From: Amoebophrya sp. A120
Taxonomy: Eukaryota > Protista > Dinoflagellata
Assembly: GCA_905178155.1 (NCBI GenBank)
Contig: CAJINV010000008.1
Coordinates: 434,001-498,000 of the forward strand
Length of the DNA: 64,000 nt
Direction: 5' to 3'
The position numbers and the translations under genes were made by a program. Below are positions 1 to 12,700 of this stretch, piece by piece (position 1 is the first letter of the stretch; every line of letters begins with the position of its first letter). The notes beneath the pieces are model-generated. The model had not been told where the DNA came from and did no database searches. It saw nothing but the letters and a program-made list of their open reading frames with translations.

Positions 1-345
1 AAGCAGCGCCTGAAGCCTCGAAGCGGCGTCTGAAGCCTCGAGGCAGCAGCGTGCGAAGCCTCGGGTCAGCAACGTGCGAAACCTCGAGGCAACAGCGTGA
101 GAAACCTCGAGGCGGCAACGCGCGAAACCTCGAGGCAGCAGCGTGAGAAACCTCGAGGCAGCAGCGTGCGAGGCCCCGAAGCAGCAGCGCGCGACGCCTC
201 GGGGCAGCAGCGTACGAAACCCCGAGGCAGCAACGTACGAAACCTCGAAGCAGCAACGAACGCACGAAGCCACGGCGCAACAACGTACGAAACAACGCGC
301 GAAGCCCCGAAGCCGCGGGGCCCCGAAGCAGTAAAGCCTCGACGA
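1..345. repeat. Degenerate minisatellite, ~23-bp unit GAAACCTCGAGGCAGCAGCGTGC
   Basis: Repeated gaa(a/g)cc(t/c)cgaggcagca(g/a)cgt units read directly. The + strand is T-poor. Confidence 0.85.
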
Positions 346-349
346 AGCC

Positions 350-735
350 GCGCCGGCCGGTGCCGGACCATGGCCAAGCCGAGCCGGTGCGTGCCTGCCG
401 GACCATGGCCAAGCAAGGCGAGCCGGTGCCGGGCCATGAGCAGACCGAGCCGGTGCATGCCGGACCATGGATGGCAAGGCCGGGCCGGTGCGTGCCGGAC
501 CCTGGCAAGGCCAAGCCGGTGCCGGACCATGGCCGAGCCGAGCCGGACTATGCATGGCCAAGCCGAGCCGGTGCCGGACCATGCATGGCCAAGCCGAGCC
601 GGTGGGTGCCGGACGATGCATGGCCAAGCCGAGCCGGTGCCGGAGCATGCATGGCCAAGCCGAGAAGGTGCCGGACCATGGCCGAGGCGAGCCGGTGCCG
701 GGCCATTCAGCATGGCCAAGCCGAACCATGGCCAA
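350..735. repeat. Minisatellite, ~27-31-bp unit GCCAAGCCGAGCCGGTGCCGGACCATG(CATG)
   Basis: About a dozen gccgagccggtgccggaccatg-like units, related to the 22-bp repeat at 1130-2730. Confidence 0.85.
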
Positions 736-739
736 GACC

Positions 740-1130
740 CGAAGCGAAGATAAAAGCCCCGAAGCAAAGAAGCCGCGAAGCGAAGAGAGATGCCCCGAAG
801 CGAAGAGAGGCGCCCCGAAGCAAAGTAGCCCCGAGGCGAGGATAGAAGCGAAGATAGAAGCCTCGAAGCCGCAGCGAACGAAGTCTCGAAGCCGCGGCGA
901 AGCCTCGAAGCCGTAGCGAGGCCTCGAAGCCGCAGCGACGCCCCGAAGCCGCAGCAAAGCCCCGAAGCCTCAGCGACGGCTCGAAGCCGCAGCGAAGCCT
1001 AGAAGCCGCAGCGAAGCCCCGAAGACGCAGCGAAGCCTCGAAGCCGCAGCGCAGGCCGCTCGAAGCCGCAACAAAACCTCGAAGCATCGCGGCCTCGAAG
1101 TAACAACGCCGCAGCGAAGCCGCAGCGGAG
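740..1130. repeat. Degenerate minisatellite, ~19-bp unit CGAAGCCGCAGCGAAGCCT
   Basis: Many cgaagcc/gcagcgaag units, related to block 1-345. Confidence 0.8.
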
Positions 1131-2730
1131 CCAGGTCGTGGCCGCGCCGGTGCCAGATCAGGGTCGGGGGGGCCGGTTCCAGGTCGTGGCGAAGCCTGCC
1201 GGTGCCAGGTCATGGCCAAGCCGGTGCCGGGCCAATGGCCTGCCAGCCAAGCCTACCAGCCAACGCCACGTCATTCATAATTGCCGAGCCGGTGCCAGAT
1301 CTTGGCCAAGCCAATGCAAGGCCGTGGCCAAGCCGGTGCCAGATCCTTCCTGGCGAAGCCTGCCGGTGCCCGGTCGTGGCCAGGCCGGTCGGTGGCAGAT
1401 CATGGCCAAACCAAGCCTGCCGATGGATGCTTGCCAGATCATACACGGCCAAGCCTAGCCGGCCGGTGCCAGATCGGGGCATGCAAAGCCCCCCCCCCGG
1501 CCGGTGCCCGGCAGATCATGACAAAGCCGGTGCCAGATCATGGGCGAGCCTGAGCCACTCAGATCATGGCGTGGCCAAGCCGACGCCAGGTCGTCCGTGT
1601 CCAAGCCTGCCGGTGCGTGCCAGATCATGGCCCGGGTCGCTGGCGCCAGGTCGCGCGCGGTCCGAACCGCCAGGCCAAACAAGCCTGCGTGCCGGCGCCA
1701 GGCCGTGGCCAAACCGGTGCCAGATCATGCCCTCGCCTGCCACCGTCTGCCACCCTGCCCGCCGGCGCCAGATCATGGCCAGGCCGGTTCCGAGTGATTC
1801 TGGTGGCCAGGCCCGCCGGTGCCGGAACATGGCCAGCCCGCTGCCAGATCACGCCCAAGCCGGTGCCAGGAAGCGGCAAGGCCGTTGCCAGATCATGGCC
1901 ATGCCGGTGCCAGGTGGGTCGTTTCCAAGCCGGCGCCATATCATCGCCGAACCGGTGCCAGACAGGTCGCGCCCAAGCGAGCCGGTGCCAGATCATGGCC
2001 AAGCCGGTGCCAAATCATGGCCACGCCGGTGCCAGGTCGTTGCCAGGCAAGCCGGTGCCGGGTCGCGGCCAAGGCGGTGCCAGGCAGATCATGGCCAAGC
2101 CGGCGCCAGATCACGCCCAAGCCGGCCCCGGGTCGTGGCCAAGCCGGTGCCAGGTTGTAGCCGAGCCGGTGCCAGATCACACACGGCCAAGCCTGCCGGC
2201 CTTCCGGTGCCAGATCATGGCCAGGCCGGCCGGTGCCAGATCACAGCAAGGCCGGTGCTCGCCCATGCCCAAGCCGGTGCCAGGTCATGGCCAAGCCAAG
2301 CTGGTTCCGGGTCGTGGCTGAGCCGAAGCCGGTGCCAAATCATGGCCAGGCCAGCCACCAAGCCGGTGCCTGCCAGATCATGGCAAGGCCAAGCCCTTGC
2401 GCCAGATCATGGCCAAGCCGGTGCCGGATGGATCATGGCCAAGCCTGCCTGCCGGTGTCAGAGCATCGCCAAGCCGGTGCCAAATCACGGCGAAGGTAGG
2501 CGGTGCCAGATCATGGCCATGCCGGTGCCCGATCATGCCCAAGCCGGTGCCGGACCCTGGCCACGCCGGTTTCAGGCCCTGGCCAAGCCGGTGCCAGACC
2601 CTGGCCAAGCCGGTGCCCGATCATGCCCGCCCCCCGCCGCCAGATCGCGGCCCCGCCAGTGCCAGCATGCAAGATGGCGGCAAGTGCCAACCTGCCAGCC
2701 GCGCCGGTGCCGGATCGTGGCCATGCCGTT
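1130..2730. repeat. Satellite, ~22-bp unit GCCAAGCCGGTGCCAGATCATG
   Basis: Dozens of degenerate ggccaagccggtgccagatcat copies, ending at a sharp change to lower-GC unique sequence near 2810. Confidence 0.9.
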
Positions 2731-3206
2731 CTGGCGCTTTGAAAATAGCAGGCAGATGGGCCTGCCCGTGCTGAAGCGCCGACGACGGTTTTCCACAGAG
2801 AAACGCTGAGGGCTATTATTCATCTAGCGGAATACTATTAAGTCTGCAGGCTACTGGACACGGGAAGCGGGATAAGGCTAGTAACATGACACGTATACGA
2901 TCCTTCTTTTCTGCGGAATAACTACCATGGTGTCGCAAGTCCAGAAGTATTTACCGCCTCCGGTATCCAACAAAAGAAAAAAATCTTGTAGATACATACT
3001 CGAACTACCCCCATACACAGATTATCTACCATAACTCTTGGCATCAGGTGAGTATTTTCATCCCAAAAATGAAAAATATCATAGCCATGCATACAGGACC
3101 AGACGAGTGAAACTTATCGGGGACGAGCAATCCCGATGGAATCTTTGTAGAGTCGTTGCCGATGATGTTGTGCAAGTCTGGAACATACTGATCTTCTTGT
3201 ATCCTA

Positions 3207-5159
3207 TCACGAGTTACTTGTTGCCATAATTCTTGCAGTTCTTGCAACCGCGGCCGGCATGATCATGCATCGAGAATTTCCAAAAAGACGAATTTCTTTG
3301 CTGGAATATGGTGTCACGTCCACGTACTGGTCAAAAGCGTACTGGGGTGCGTGTTGGGTAGTTTTGATGGCGGCGTCCGTTCCTGCTCGGTTGGGATACA
3401 TGGTGCCATCTATGTCGCAGCCAATTTTTCCGGTGGCATTTTCGGCGTCGAATTGTAAGCGCATGTACCCAGGCGACCACTTTGGACGTCTCCGCAACCA
3501 CTCCGCGAAACTTAGCGTGGTATTCACCGTGTGGCGATTCTTGATTTTTCCCGCAATCGTGGCTTGCTGTAGCTCGAAATCATGTCCCCCGGGCTATAGA
3601 AGCGACGTGCCTGTTTTTTTCTAAGACTGCTGCTAGCCATTAGCACAAACACAAAGCGAAGCGTCTCCTTCCCTCCTGGTTGTCGTGCTTGTTCGTGCCA
3701 TGCAAAGTAAAAGAGAAAGACGGCAAGAAGCCATTAGCATGAGTTTCGTCCTGCGCTCTAGAGTGATAGATTTCATTAAATGATATCACTCGTCCAGCTC
3801 CAGAGCGGCACCACAGCAACAGAAAACTATAATTTCTATTTCCTTGCTTGGCTCTGGTGTGCGATTTATCATAATTTTCATCATAAAACGGCGTGTCTCG
3901 TAGGCAAAAAAAACATGGAAAGTTGGAGTCTCTCCTCGGAGGGAGCAGCATTCTGGCTGAAAGATCAGAAGTCGCTTCCCCTGTATACGACCGCTTGAAT
4001 ATGCTGGCTCACGCGGCGAAACGTCCGAGCCCCCTGATCGTCTGCAGGGGCGGCAGCGCACTGGATCTGCGCATCCCCCGATGCCAACGTCTTGTACGGG
4101 CCGTAAAATTTGCAGGTGCCGTTTTTCTGCAGCAAAAACCCGCCACAGAAATTCGAAGCGTATTCGCTGCATCGCTCACCGCAAACGTTGATTCGTTCCA
4201 TAATAACGACGGGGTCGACCACTGTTTGTGTTTGATTATTCCACAGATTTTGCAGATCGTCCGCACTGACCGAACTGGTCCCATCGCCGAAAATCGCGGT
4301 ATTCACCGCGCTATCAACTGTAAAAATGTCTGGGTCTGGAAGATTCTGAGATTTGTCATGCATATTTCGGATCACGCAAGTGGCGTCTGATGCAGGCAAA
4401 AGCATCACAGGTTTTGAGCACGCCTCCTGATGCCTGTCCCGCATGAGAAACTTCCTACTTGCGTGCCAAGAAGTGGACAGCTTTTGGCGCTCATGCAACA
4501 CAAATTTTTGTGTGTTCCAGAGTTTGCATCACAAGTTCCAACCCTTCCAGACCCAGACATTTTTACATTTGATACGCGCCCTCTACATACTGTTGCGAAC
4601 TGGTGTTGTACGCAAATTTGCAGGTGGCTCCTTCACGGACGCCCGTCGTCGGATTGTAGAGATACTCCTCTATGTACGAGTCCGACACAGCACGCGCTGC
4701 CGCCGCCTCCGCGGAAGCAGCCGCAAGTTCTTGGGATGTACTAGCGGTAGTTTTTCGTTGTCCAAAATTCCGCGAAGATGTTGTACTACCTGCGGAAGCT
4801 GCCGCGCTTGTCCTCTCTGCTAGTGTTTTCACAGAAACCAAAGCCTCGGATTTTTTCTGCGCAAAGCTCTGCTGGCGAGTTCCTTCTCTACGCGTTATGC
4901 TCGCCTTGGCCACCTTCGTCGCCGTGCTGGCCGTTCGTTTGCTTTTGCTGGCGGTGCCCTTGACAGCTTCACCAGTTTCCCCTCCCCGAAGAAGAACGCG
5001 CTCTCTTGCACTTTTAGCAGCTCGTGCTGCCCCAGCGGCTTGTGTACTGGTCGCTCCTCCTTTCCTGTTGTACACCATCGCAAAGCCACGGACCAGGACC
5101 GCAGTAGTGGCGCAGAGCCCAGAAGCCACGGCCCGTGTCAGAAGCCGCCGCCTTGCCAT
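3207..5159 (-). CDS. Putative secreted protein with a PAN/apple-like Cys motif (multi-exon; 3' end uncertain)
   Basis: Signal-peptide-like start MARRRLLTRAVASGLCATTAVLVRGFA. Removing the 4312-4574 element plus one CGCGC gives QQYVEGA|VNTAIFGD. CGERCSEYASNFCGGFLLQKNGTCKFY fits the PAN C-x3-C-x6-C-x2-F-x6-C spacing. ORF 3207-3527 is a probable further exon. Confidence 0.55.
4312..4574. mobile_element. Introner, family A (263 bp), TSD CGCGC
   Basis: TIR TATCAA(C/A)TGTAAAAATGTCTGGGTCTGGAAG at both ends. CGCGC at 4307-4311 and 4575-4579. Frame restored on removal. Confidence 0.93.
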
Positions 5160-6721
5160 CTCCGAAAGGCAGTGCTGCAATTCTCGAAAGCTCTCTCTAG
5201 CGGTATGCGCGCTACCGGAACCGGGCTTCCAAAATCTTGATTCGCGCTTCAACGTCCACGCGGACGCGACAGGTACGGTGGATGGGAATGAACATTGTTG
5301 ACCGCAGCTGCAAATCTGTGTTATGTTGTGAGGGCAAACCTGGATTCTTGGAATCCTTTTCCAGCCTCTTGAAATGCATCTGCTCTTGCTGCGATAATTG
5401 ACTTCTGGTTCTGATTCACTTGTTGCGTATGTTATTCGGACAGGCTCTAGTACAGAAGACACTGTCACACTGCTGCGACGAGAAACTGTCACTTTGTGTA
5501 GTTCAAGATGTAGATGCCAGCATCTACATCTTGATCTAACTATCAGTCTTTGTTCCGCCGGCCTCGCAGCAAGCTCTCCTCCTTGCTTTCCCATGGCTTA
5601 CCGTCGTAAGCTACTGCCATGCAAGCACAGGCACTGCAGGAAGACCAGAATGACATGGATGCATTGCCCTCATCCCTGAGATAGAAACAAAGCCGATGAA
5701 CAACGCATCTGTCTTCAATCTCAACCCCAAAACAAGCAGCGTAGAGGACACTCTGCTTATCGGCCTGTCAACATTTTACTTTTAAGCTCATCACGATCAG
5801 CATCCGCATACATGATTCAGTTCATCTTGATCTACAGAGGTCTTCTCAAATAAATCAAATCGAAGTCCTCTTGCCGGGCATTGTCGAATTAAATAAAGCT
5901 TAGCCTAGCTAAATTTGGTGTAAACTATTGAAACGAGAAGGTTGGTGAAAATTTGGTATCGTACAAAACATTTTAAATATCATGCTCTTTCCTGTTCTCT
6001 TCAAACAAAGCAAGTTCTTTCCTAATTTTTGTAACAGGCTTTTAATTTCCGGCTCCGCGCCTTGCTTCTACTGCGCTGCGCGAGGTGCCTTCGACCGCAA
6101 GTAGAGGCGTCGTTCTACTTCGAAGGCGCTATTGCCGATGGTGCTGCGTATAGCTGCCCCGTATTGCGAAAAATTCTAATGTCTTGAGTACTTAGCTGAA
6201 AACGAAAAGAAAATGAGTTGATGAATTAATGCTGTTCATATAAAGTGTGTTGGTGTTCTTTTGGTATTCCTATTCGTACCAAGCCGTTAGTTCTTTTGAT
6301 CAAACCTATAAAAGTGTGCGTGTTAGATTGAGGTAAACGTAAAAGTACCTAGAGTTCCGCAATCAAATCGTGCGATATTCTACAATAGCAATACAACATC
6401 GTACTAGCATTAACATTAGACAACAATGAATGGGGGACCACGAGCTGCGGAGAAACATCGTCACCCGGTTTGTAATTTGATATATCGAAGGGTAGAGGTA
6501 GAGCCTCAACCACGAGTCGGAGTTTTATTGGTCTCCACCAGAGAAGCTCGTCTAGTTTCTTTTTTTTCTACTTCTAGATGGAGCGAGTCCGATTGTACAT
6601 AAAAAAACGCGGAGAACTTCAGTCCGCCGGAGGTCATTAGGAAGTAGGCTGCGCTTGCGGCCGCCCGCATACTTTGACTTTGGGTTGAAACAGGACCCTC
6701 CACTTTACCCAGAGGGGGCAG

Positions 6722-9700
6722 CTACATAGTGCTTGCGAGTGCCGCCGCGTCCGGCGCCGGCTGCACGGCGGTCGCTTTGTCGGACAGAATCACTGCCAGC
6801 TTTGTGAGCAGCATGGTTGCCGTCTGTCGAACCTCGGTGGAGTCGCCGTAGCGCGACAGGTTGTGCAAGGCTTTGTGGCCTTATCCTAAGCAAAAACGTC
6901 CCCACCCCATAGTCAAGATGGGAATCTAGCAACACAAACCTCCAAGTTTTGGGAGCTGTGCATGACAAGTTTTCCTCTGCAGTGTAGTGCTGATTGGCAA
7001 GATAGGCTGCATGAGAAAGCCATTCTCCCATCCTGTTTACAGCATTACAAATTCCAAAACACGACTGGAAATTCCTCTCATGGAGCTGCGCATTACAAAT
7101 GTTCCTGTCATTGCGCATTTGCATGACAACTCTGGTGTGGGGACGTTTTTACTCAGGATAGGCCTCCGATCTTGTTCACCGCAATCAAATTGCTTTCGAC
7201 CTCGCACACCTTCAGGTACAGGTCCACGATCATTGGCGTTGGGCCCTGGCTCATCATGATCCGCTCCCACGGACTGCCCATCACCTTTGTCATCGCAGTC
7301 TTGTTATTGAAGGCTTGGATGATGTGCTTCGTGCAATACGTCAGCAAGTCGTACCCGCCCTGCTCCGACGCGAGCGCGACCTGTTGTTCGATGAAACAAA
7401 AACAGCTCATAGATGATATGACAGCTAGGAGCATACATCAAGAGGCTGGTTCCTTGATGTTCGCTTCACCTTCACGTCCACGATTGCATCTGCATGTCAA
7501 AAATAAATTCATGTGGTGCCGCCGCTTAGACAAGTAGAAACGCTGACTGCACTGACTGCACTGACTTGAAACAAACAAGTTCGAAAAACGAACCACCAAC
7601 ACAAGCTAGTATTTACCTTTGCGGTGAAACCGGTCGCGAGCCACGAGTTAATTACCGTTTGCAAGGCCGACCGAACCACGGCAGTGGCGCGGACATACAA
7701 GTAAAGTTTCTCGTCTCGCCCGTCGTGCAAGTCCATAAGGTCACTCGGCGCAATTTGCTGCGACAAAATGTTCTGGATCTTCATCAGCTGAAACAATGCC
7801 GCGCCCCGAATTTTGTCTGTGGCGGATAATTGAAAAAGTTGAACAAGTTGTACTTAGTAGCGTGCCATTAGTGGAAATGAGCAAAAGCTTCATCTTTTAC
7901 TTTACTTGGTAGGCTCGCGATCTATTCGGGTTCGTATTCATAAGCAGCAAAAAAGATCAACCCTTTGCTCGCCTCTTATGGCCTGCGAGTAACTGTCTGA
8001 CATATACAGCTAATGAATCCTGAGAGTAAGTCCTTTGCGAAAGCTTGAGAGAGCTTAGGCACTACAGCAAGACCAAACACCACCCGTTTTAGCGGTGAAC
8101 GACCAAGCGTAGGGAGTCGCACAGTGTGAGTGAATCCGAAAACTCACTGCTGCTGCGCTTCAGATAAGCATCACACTACCACCTCATCCGTGTGAGCAGA
8201 TCAACCTCCAAAGAGCCGCCAGTGCTGAACAACCCTCCTCATGTGCTCAACCTGACGTCAAACCGGATCCAAGAACCACAGCGCTACGAGAGGTGTCGCT
8301 GACTCTCAAACCGCCGGAGCGGAAGGAGAGGTATACCGACGCCACCGGGGGCCACAGGAAAACACGAAGTTATGCCCTGCGCCGCCAGTTGCCACCGCCT
8401 AGGCTTGGAGCCTTGCCTTTTCTTTTCTTTTATATGAGTTTTCTCCTTTCCAGCCCGGCGGGTGCTGGAAGGTGGCGCGTTTTTCTTTCTTTTACTGTTT
8501 TGCGCTCTTGAGTTTTTTTTCATTCTTTGGTCCCAATCTTGGCACCTCAAAGAATCTTGTAGGAGGTTGCGCGATAAAAGGAAGAAGGTCATTGGGGGTT
8601 TTCATCTTTGCAAAAGATCCGCCGGTCTTGCCGGCCCAAATCTGCCCATTGGCCAAACGGGAAAAAAAAAAGAACAAGCCCCACTCTCCCCCCCGATGGA
8701 CTAGATTCTTGCTTTCCTCAGAGTGGTGAGGACAGAAAGAATACTTTACGGCAACTACGAAGAAAGAAAAGTAAGAATCTCGCATAAGAAAAAGACACCG
8801 ATGGCATCTCTCAAGCAAGAGCTGGACTGCCGTTACTACCTGGCTTTCACCTAGGCATTACAGACATTCAAGCGGAACAGACATTCAAGCGGAACAGATC
8901 ACATCAAAATCACATCTTGGCGCATTTTCCATCCTATGTCGTTGTCGAACAGCAAAATCAAGACACAATCCTTGCCAGTGGTGCAGACACAATCCTGCCA
9001 GTGGTGCAGCAAAAAAGATCAAAGTTAGTACTCGATTGACTTGCCGCCCGCTGGTGCGTGTTGACGGCAAACGCTAGGGAGTACATGAGATGGCACAAGT
9101 AGCTAGAGTATTGGGACCCTGCCTTGGTTTTCGGGTCTCGTGCCTTCAACATGCGCTTGTCTTCCCGTGCAATCTCGTCGGTCAAAATCTCGGACAGCTC
9201 GACCGTTGGATCCTGGCACCTAAGCAATTTTTGTGAAGTATATGATGCGTGGACGTGGGGAAATCGAAACACAAAAAGGAACTTCTAGCGAGGAGAAACA
9301 CATATTCATATGCAGAAATGCAAAAACGAGCGGACACTAGCAATGATGTTTGCCACGGGTGGAGCTGAAGCGCATTGCTTCGATCGTTGTCGTCCGACGG
9401 TTCTTTGTTGGGAAAGAGTTTCAACATAAGTGCAATCACAGGTGCAAAAAGAATCAGTCGACAGTACTCGCAGACAGCGTCCCTGCGGTCCTCTTTCTTC
9501 TCCTCCTCCTCTGGTTTGATGGCTTCGTCCAGGGTTTTACCGCCGACAGAGCCGAGGATGTTCATAACATCCATTTTTGTGGACGTCTCCTCACCCGCGG
9601 AGCCAATACTCGGTGGCGATTTCTTTGGAGGCACCAAGCACTGACCCAAAATGTAAGCCGCCAGCGACCGTATGCTCCGCCCGAAATCCAGCTCATGAGT

Positions 9701-12700
9701 GAAGTTGAACCACCGAAAGATGAGCCCGTACCCCACGTTGGGGGAAATGCTGTCGGAGCCGTCCCTTGCGAAAGGCTGGCTCGGGTCCGGAATTACCCCG
9801 TTCGTAGCGAAATTTGATATGCCGATCAGCAGGTTCTCCTGGTGCCTGTGATGAAGAAAGTGTCACGCGATCTGTTCGAGGAACGATAATTTGAAAACCT
9901 ATTCGAGAAAAATATCCCCATGGTTTTGTGGTTTCTTTCTTGTATAATTGCCTGAGAGCAAGGCGCACCCAAAGATAATTTCGACAGGAAGTCCTGAAAT
10001 CAGATGCGAGTCGTATATTTTTAGTTATTGTACTGATTTCATGACTTTCTGCAAGTACATGATCGATCCTACTCGAACTACCGCAGGCGCAGCCTTGGGT
10101 GCCATTGATGAAAAGAAGTACTTTCTTATTCGACGCGCTATCAGATAGCGGTATCTGTATGTAAATCTAAATGCTGAAGAAAAACTGTTGTACTTGAAGA
10201 ATTTGCTGAGGAAGGACTCCTGGATCGTGTTGGAGTTCATTGGCAGCTTCAGGCTTGTCAGGATTGCGATTAACGTGAGCTGTGCGAGGTGCACTCGTGG
10301 GTATGGGAGGAGCAAAGCTCGCATCACCGGCGTTATCTGAAAGTTGTCGACTAAGTGCGTCAGGAAAAACTCGGGGGCTTCCATGGCTCCCAAGGATGCT
10401 GCCAGACCTCCTAGACGAATTGAAATGTCCCAACTCTGGTTCATTACATCGCACCTGTATTTTTATTCGAGAAATTTATTGATTTGAAGAAATTGAAGTT
10501 CAAGCTTTTCACACGAACAGGCGTTGGAAATGCAAAACAGAAATTCCCTAAATACATGTTTTGGTAACAGGTAGGGGGACCTACTTAATCTTAAGTAAAG
10601 TATGTACGTTATTCTGGCGAAGATGCTGCAGAGCAGGTCCGACTGTCGGAAGAAAGCCACGTTGAGTTTGGGTATGGTTGGTTCGTTTTCCAAATCTACC
10701 ACAGCCTTTATGCCGTCGTCGTCCTCGCCCTGGTCCCGCACAAGGCCGGCGCGCCGCACCATCGCCTCGATGTTGAGCGCCTCCACCTCGAGGAAAGTGT
10801 GCTTTTTATTGATCTCTCCACTAGCGCCACCGGTTTGCCGCGAGGTCGCGGATGAATTAGGGGCGTTTGCCCCGGTGGAACTGCTGCTGCTGCTACTCCC
10901 GCCCACCTGCACCGTGGACCCCTGGCCGCCGGCGCCTGCACTCGCGGAGGCCCCACTCGCGCTGGCGGTGGAACCCCCGGCGGCGCTGGTGCCTTCCTGT
11001 CCGACGCTGACGGACAGGTTGTCGAAGAGAACGTTACACACCCAGACCGCTAGCGTCCGCGAGAACACGTCTGGGTCCGCGTTAGACCGGCGTATTATCT
11101 GTTCATACATGTCGGGTGTAAACAACGTGCGGCCCGCCTCGCGGTGGGCTCGCAGCTTCGCGGCATTCCACTCGATCTGCTCCGAGAATCGCTTGTTGAC
11201 CGGGAGCGCGAGCAACTTTTCCACGGTCTTCAGCGTGGTGTAGGGCAGGACGTATCACACAGAAAAAAGCTGGCTGGGCATATTTGTAATGCAAAAATAA
11301 ATACACAAAAAGATCTGCGCTACATATCCGAAGCAGCATGCTATGGGGCCCCCCATGACAAGTTTTTCTGTGTATTTATTTTCGCATTACAAATATGCCC
11401 TGCCAGTTTTTTTCTTTGTGATAGGACGTCGTACTTAAACAGAAACGCGTTGTACGCGGCGACGGTGCGCAGTAGATGTATCAAATGTAAAAATGTCTGG
11501 GTCTGGAAGAATGCAACTTGTCATGCTAAATCTGAAGCATGCAAAAATCTGTGTTGCATGATGACCAAAAGTCGTCCAGTTTTGACCAAGTCGGGAGGGA
11601 GTTTCTCATGCAGGATAGGCATGAGAGAGATCGCACAGAATCTGTCATGCTAGGTCCTGCATTCCAGGCTTCATGGGTCATGGAAAACCTGCATGACAAA
11701 CCTGGCAAAATTCCAGACCCAGACATTTTTACATTTGATAAGATGGCGGTATTCACGAATGTCCGGACTCGCCAGGCTTCGCGCGAGCGCGCGCATGATG
11801 GTGTTCGCCCTGGTAGGGTTGGCCACGAAGTTCACCCAGAGCGGATAAACCTGCAGGAAGGACGCGCAGATGCGGTGCGCGTGGTGCGCCAACACCGTGT
11901 TGGGGTGGTTCTCCCAGATCAGGCATAGCATGCTGAAGATCTGGTCCATCCAATGCAGCCCAAGGTTCTCCAGAAACCAGTCGGTGTTGTACCTCGACAG
12001 TGCGCAGAGGTAAAACGTCACGAAGCGCTCCTCAAAGGACATGTCTGCGGGCAACGCGATTGAACCCACCTTGTCGAAAATCGTCTGTCGCCACCTGAAG
12101 AGAATTTTCATTATCCATTTTTTGCTTTAGTTGCTGCAGCTCTCGTTCCATCGTGCGAACGTCTTAGAGATCGCGATCGCCAACAACGAAACGAAATACT
12201 TACTTAAAAAGCAAAAACTCAAACCCTGTACTTTTTCTTTTGCGTGTATGTGCTCTAATGAATACAGACAAAAGCAGCTCAGCTTCATTGCATACGACCT
12301 CCCATACCGTACATAAGCGTACCTGTTAATCTGTGCGAACATGACTTTCGCTGTCGGCGCTGTTGCTTTCGACGCGAAATATTCTCGGCCGTCTGGGACC
12401 TGCAGCAAGAGCTGCAGTGCGATGGAAGCTACTTTTTCCGCGACCCCGGACTCGGTGTCGCGTTTAATCCAGCCGGGAGGGATAGCCTTCTGGAAGGAAC
12501 CTCCGATGTTCATGTTGACCCCCTCGCTACTGCCCTGCAGCTCAATCAGAAGCATATTTTGTTCCGTCGGCGTCGGCATGAGGGCCAGGAAGCAGAGCTC
12601 CAATATTCGGTTCTTGCAGGCAAAGGTGATCAGTTTGCCGTTCGGATCTTCCACCCCTGGTGGCAGCGCCGACGCGGGTTTCACCGAGGTGTACGCGTCA

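Noticed and set aside
1130-2730. CRISPR-like array
   Set aside because: The repeats are degenerate and contiguous, with no unique constant-length spacers, no cas genes and a eukaryotic context.
66-2823. Many overlapping ORFs of up to 535 aa on both strands
   Set aside because: They are by-products of stop-poor GC-rich satellite. Unit lengths (19, 22, 23 bp) are mostly not multiples of three and all frames are open.
8861-9007. Short tandem duplications (17 bp x2 at 8861-8894; ~23 bp x2 at 8961-9007)
   Set aside because: Ordinary slippage duplications in a probable intron, with no further structure.
11539-11928. Recurrent peptides such as KCKNVWVWK, PDPDIFTFD and VGTFLLRI in many ORFs
   Set aside because: They are translations of introner TIRs, not a protein domain.
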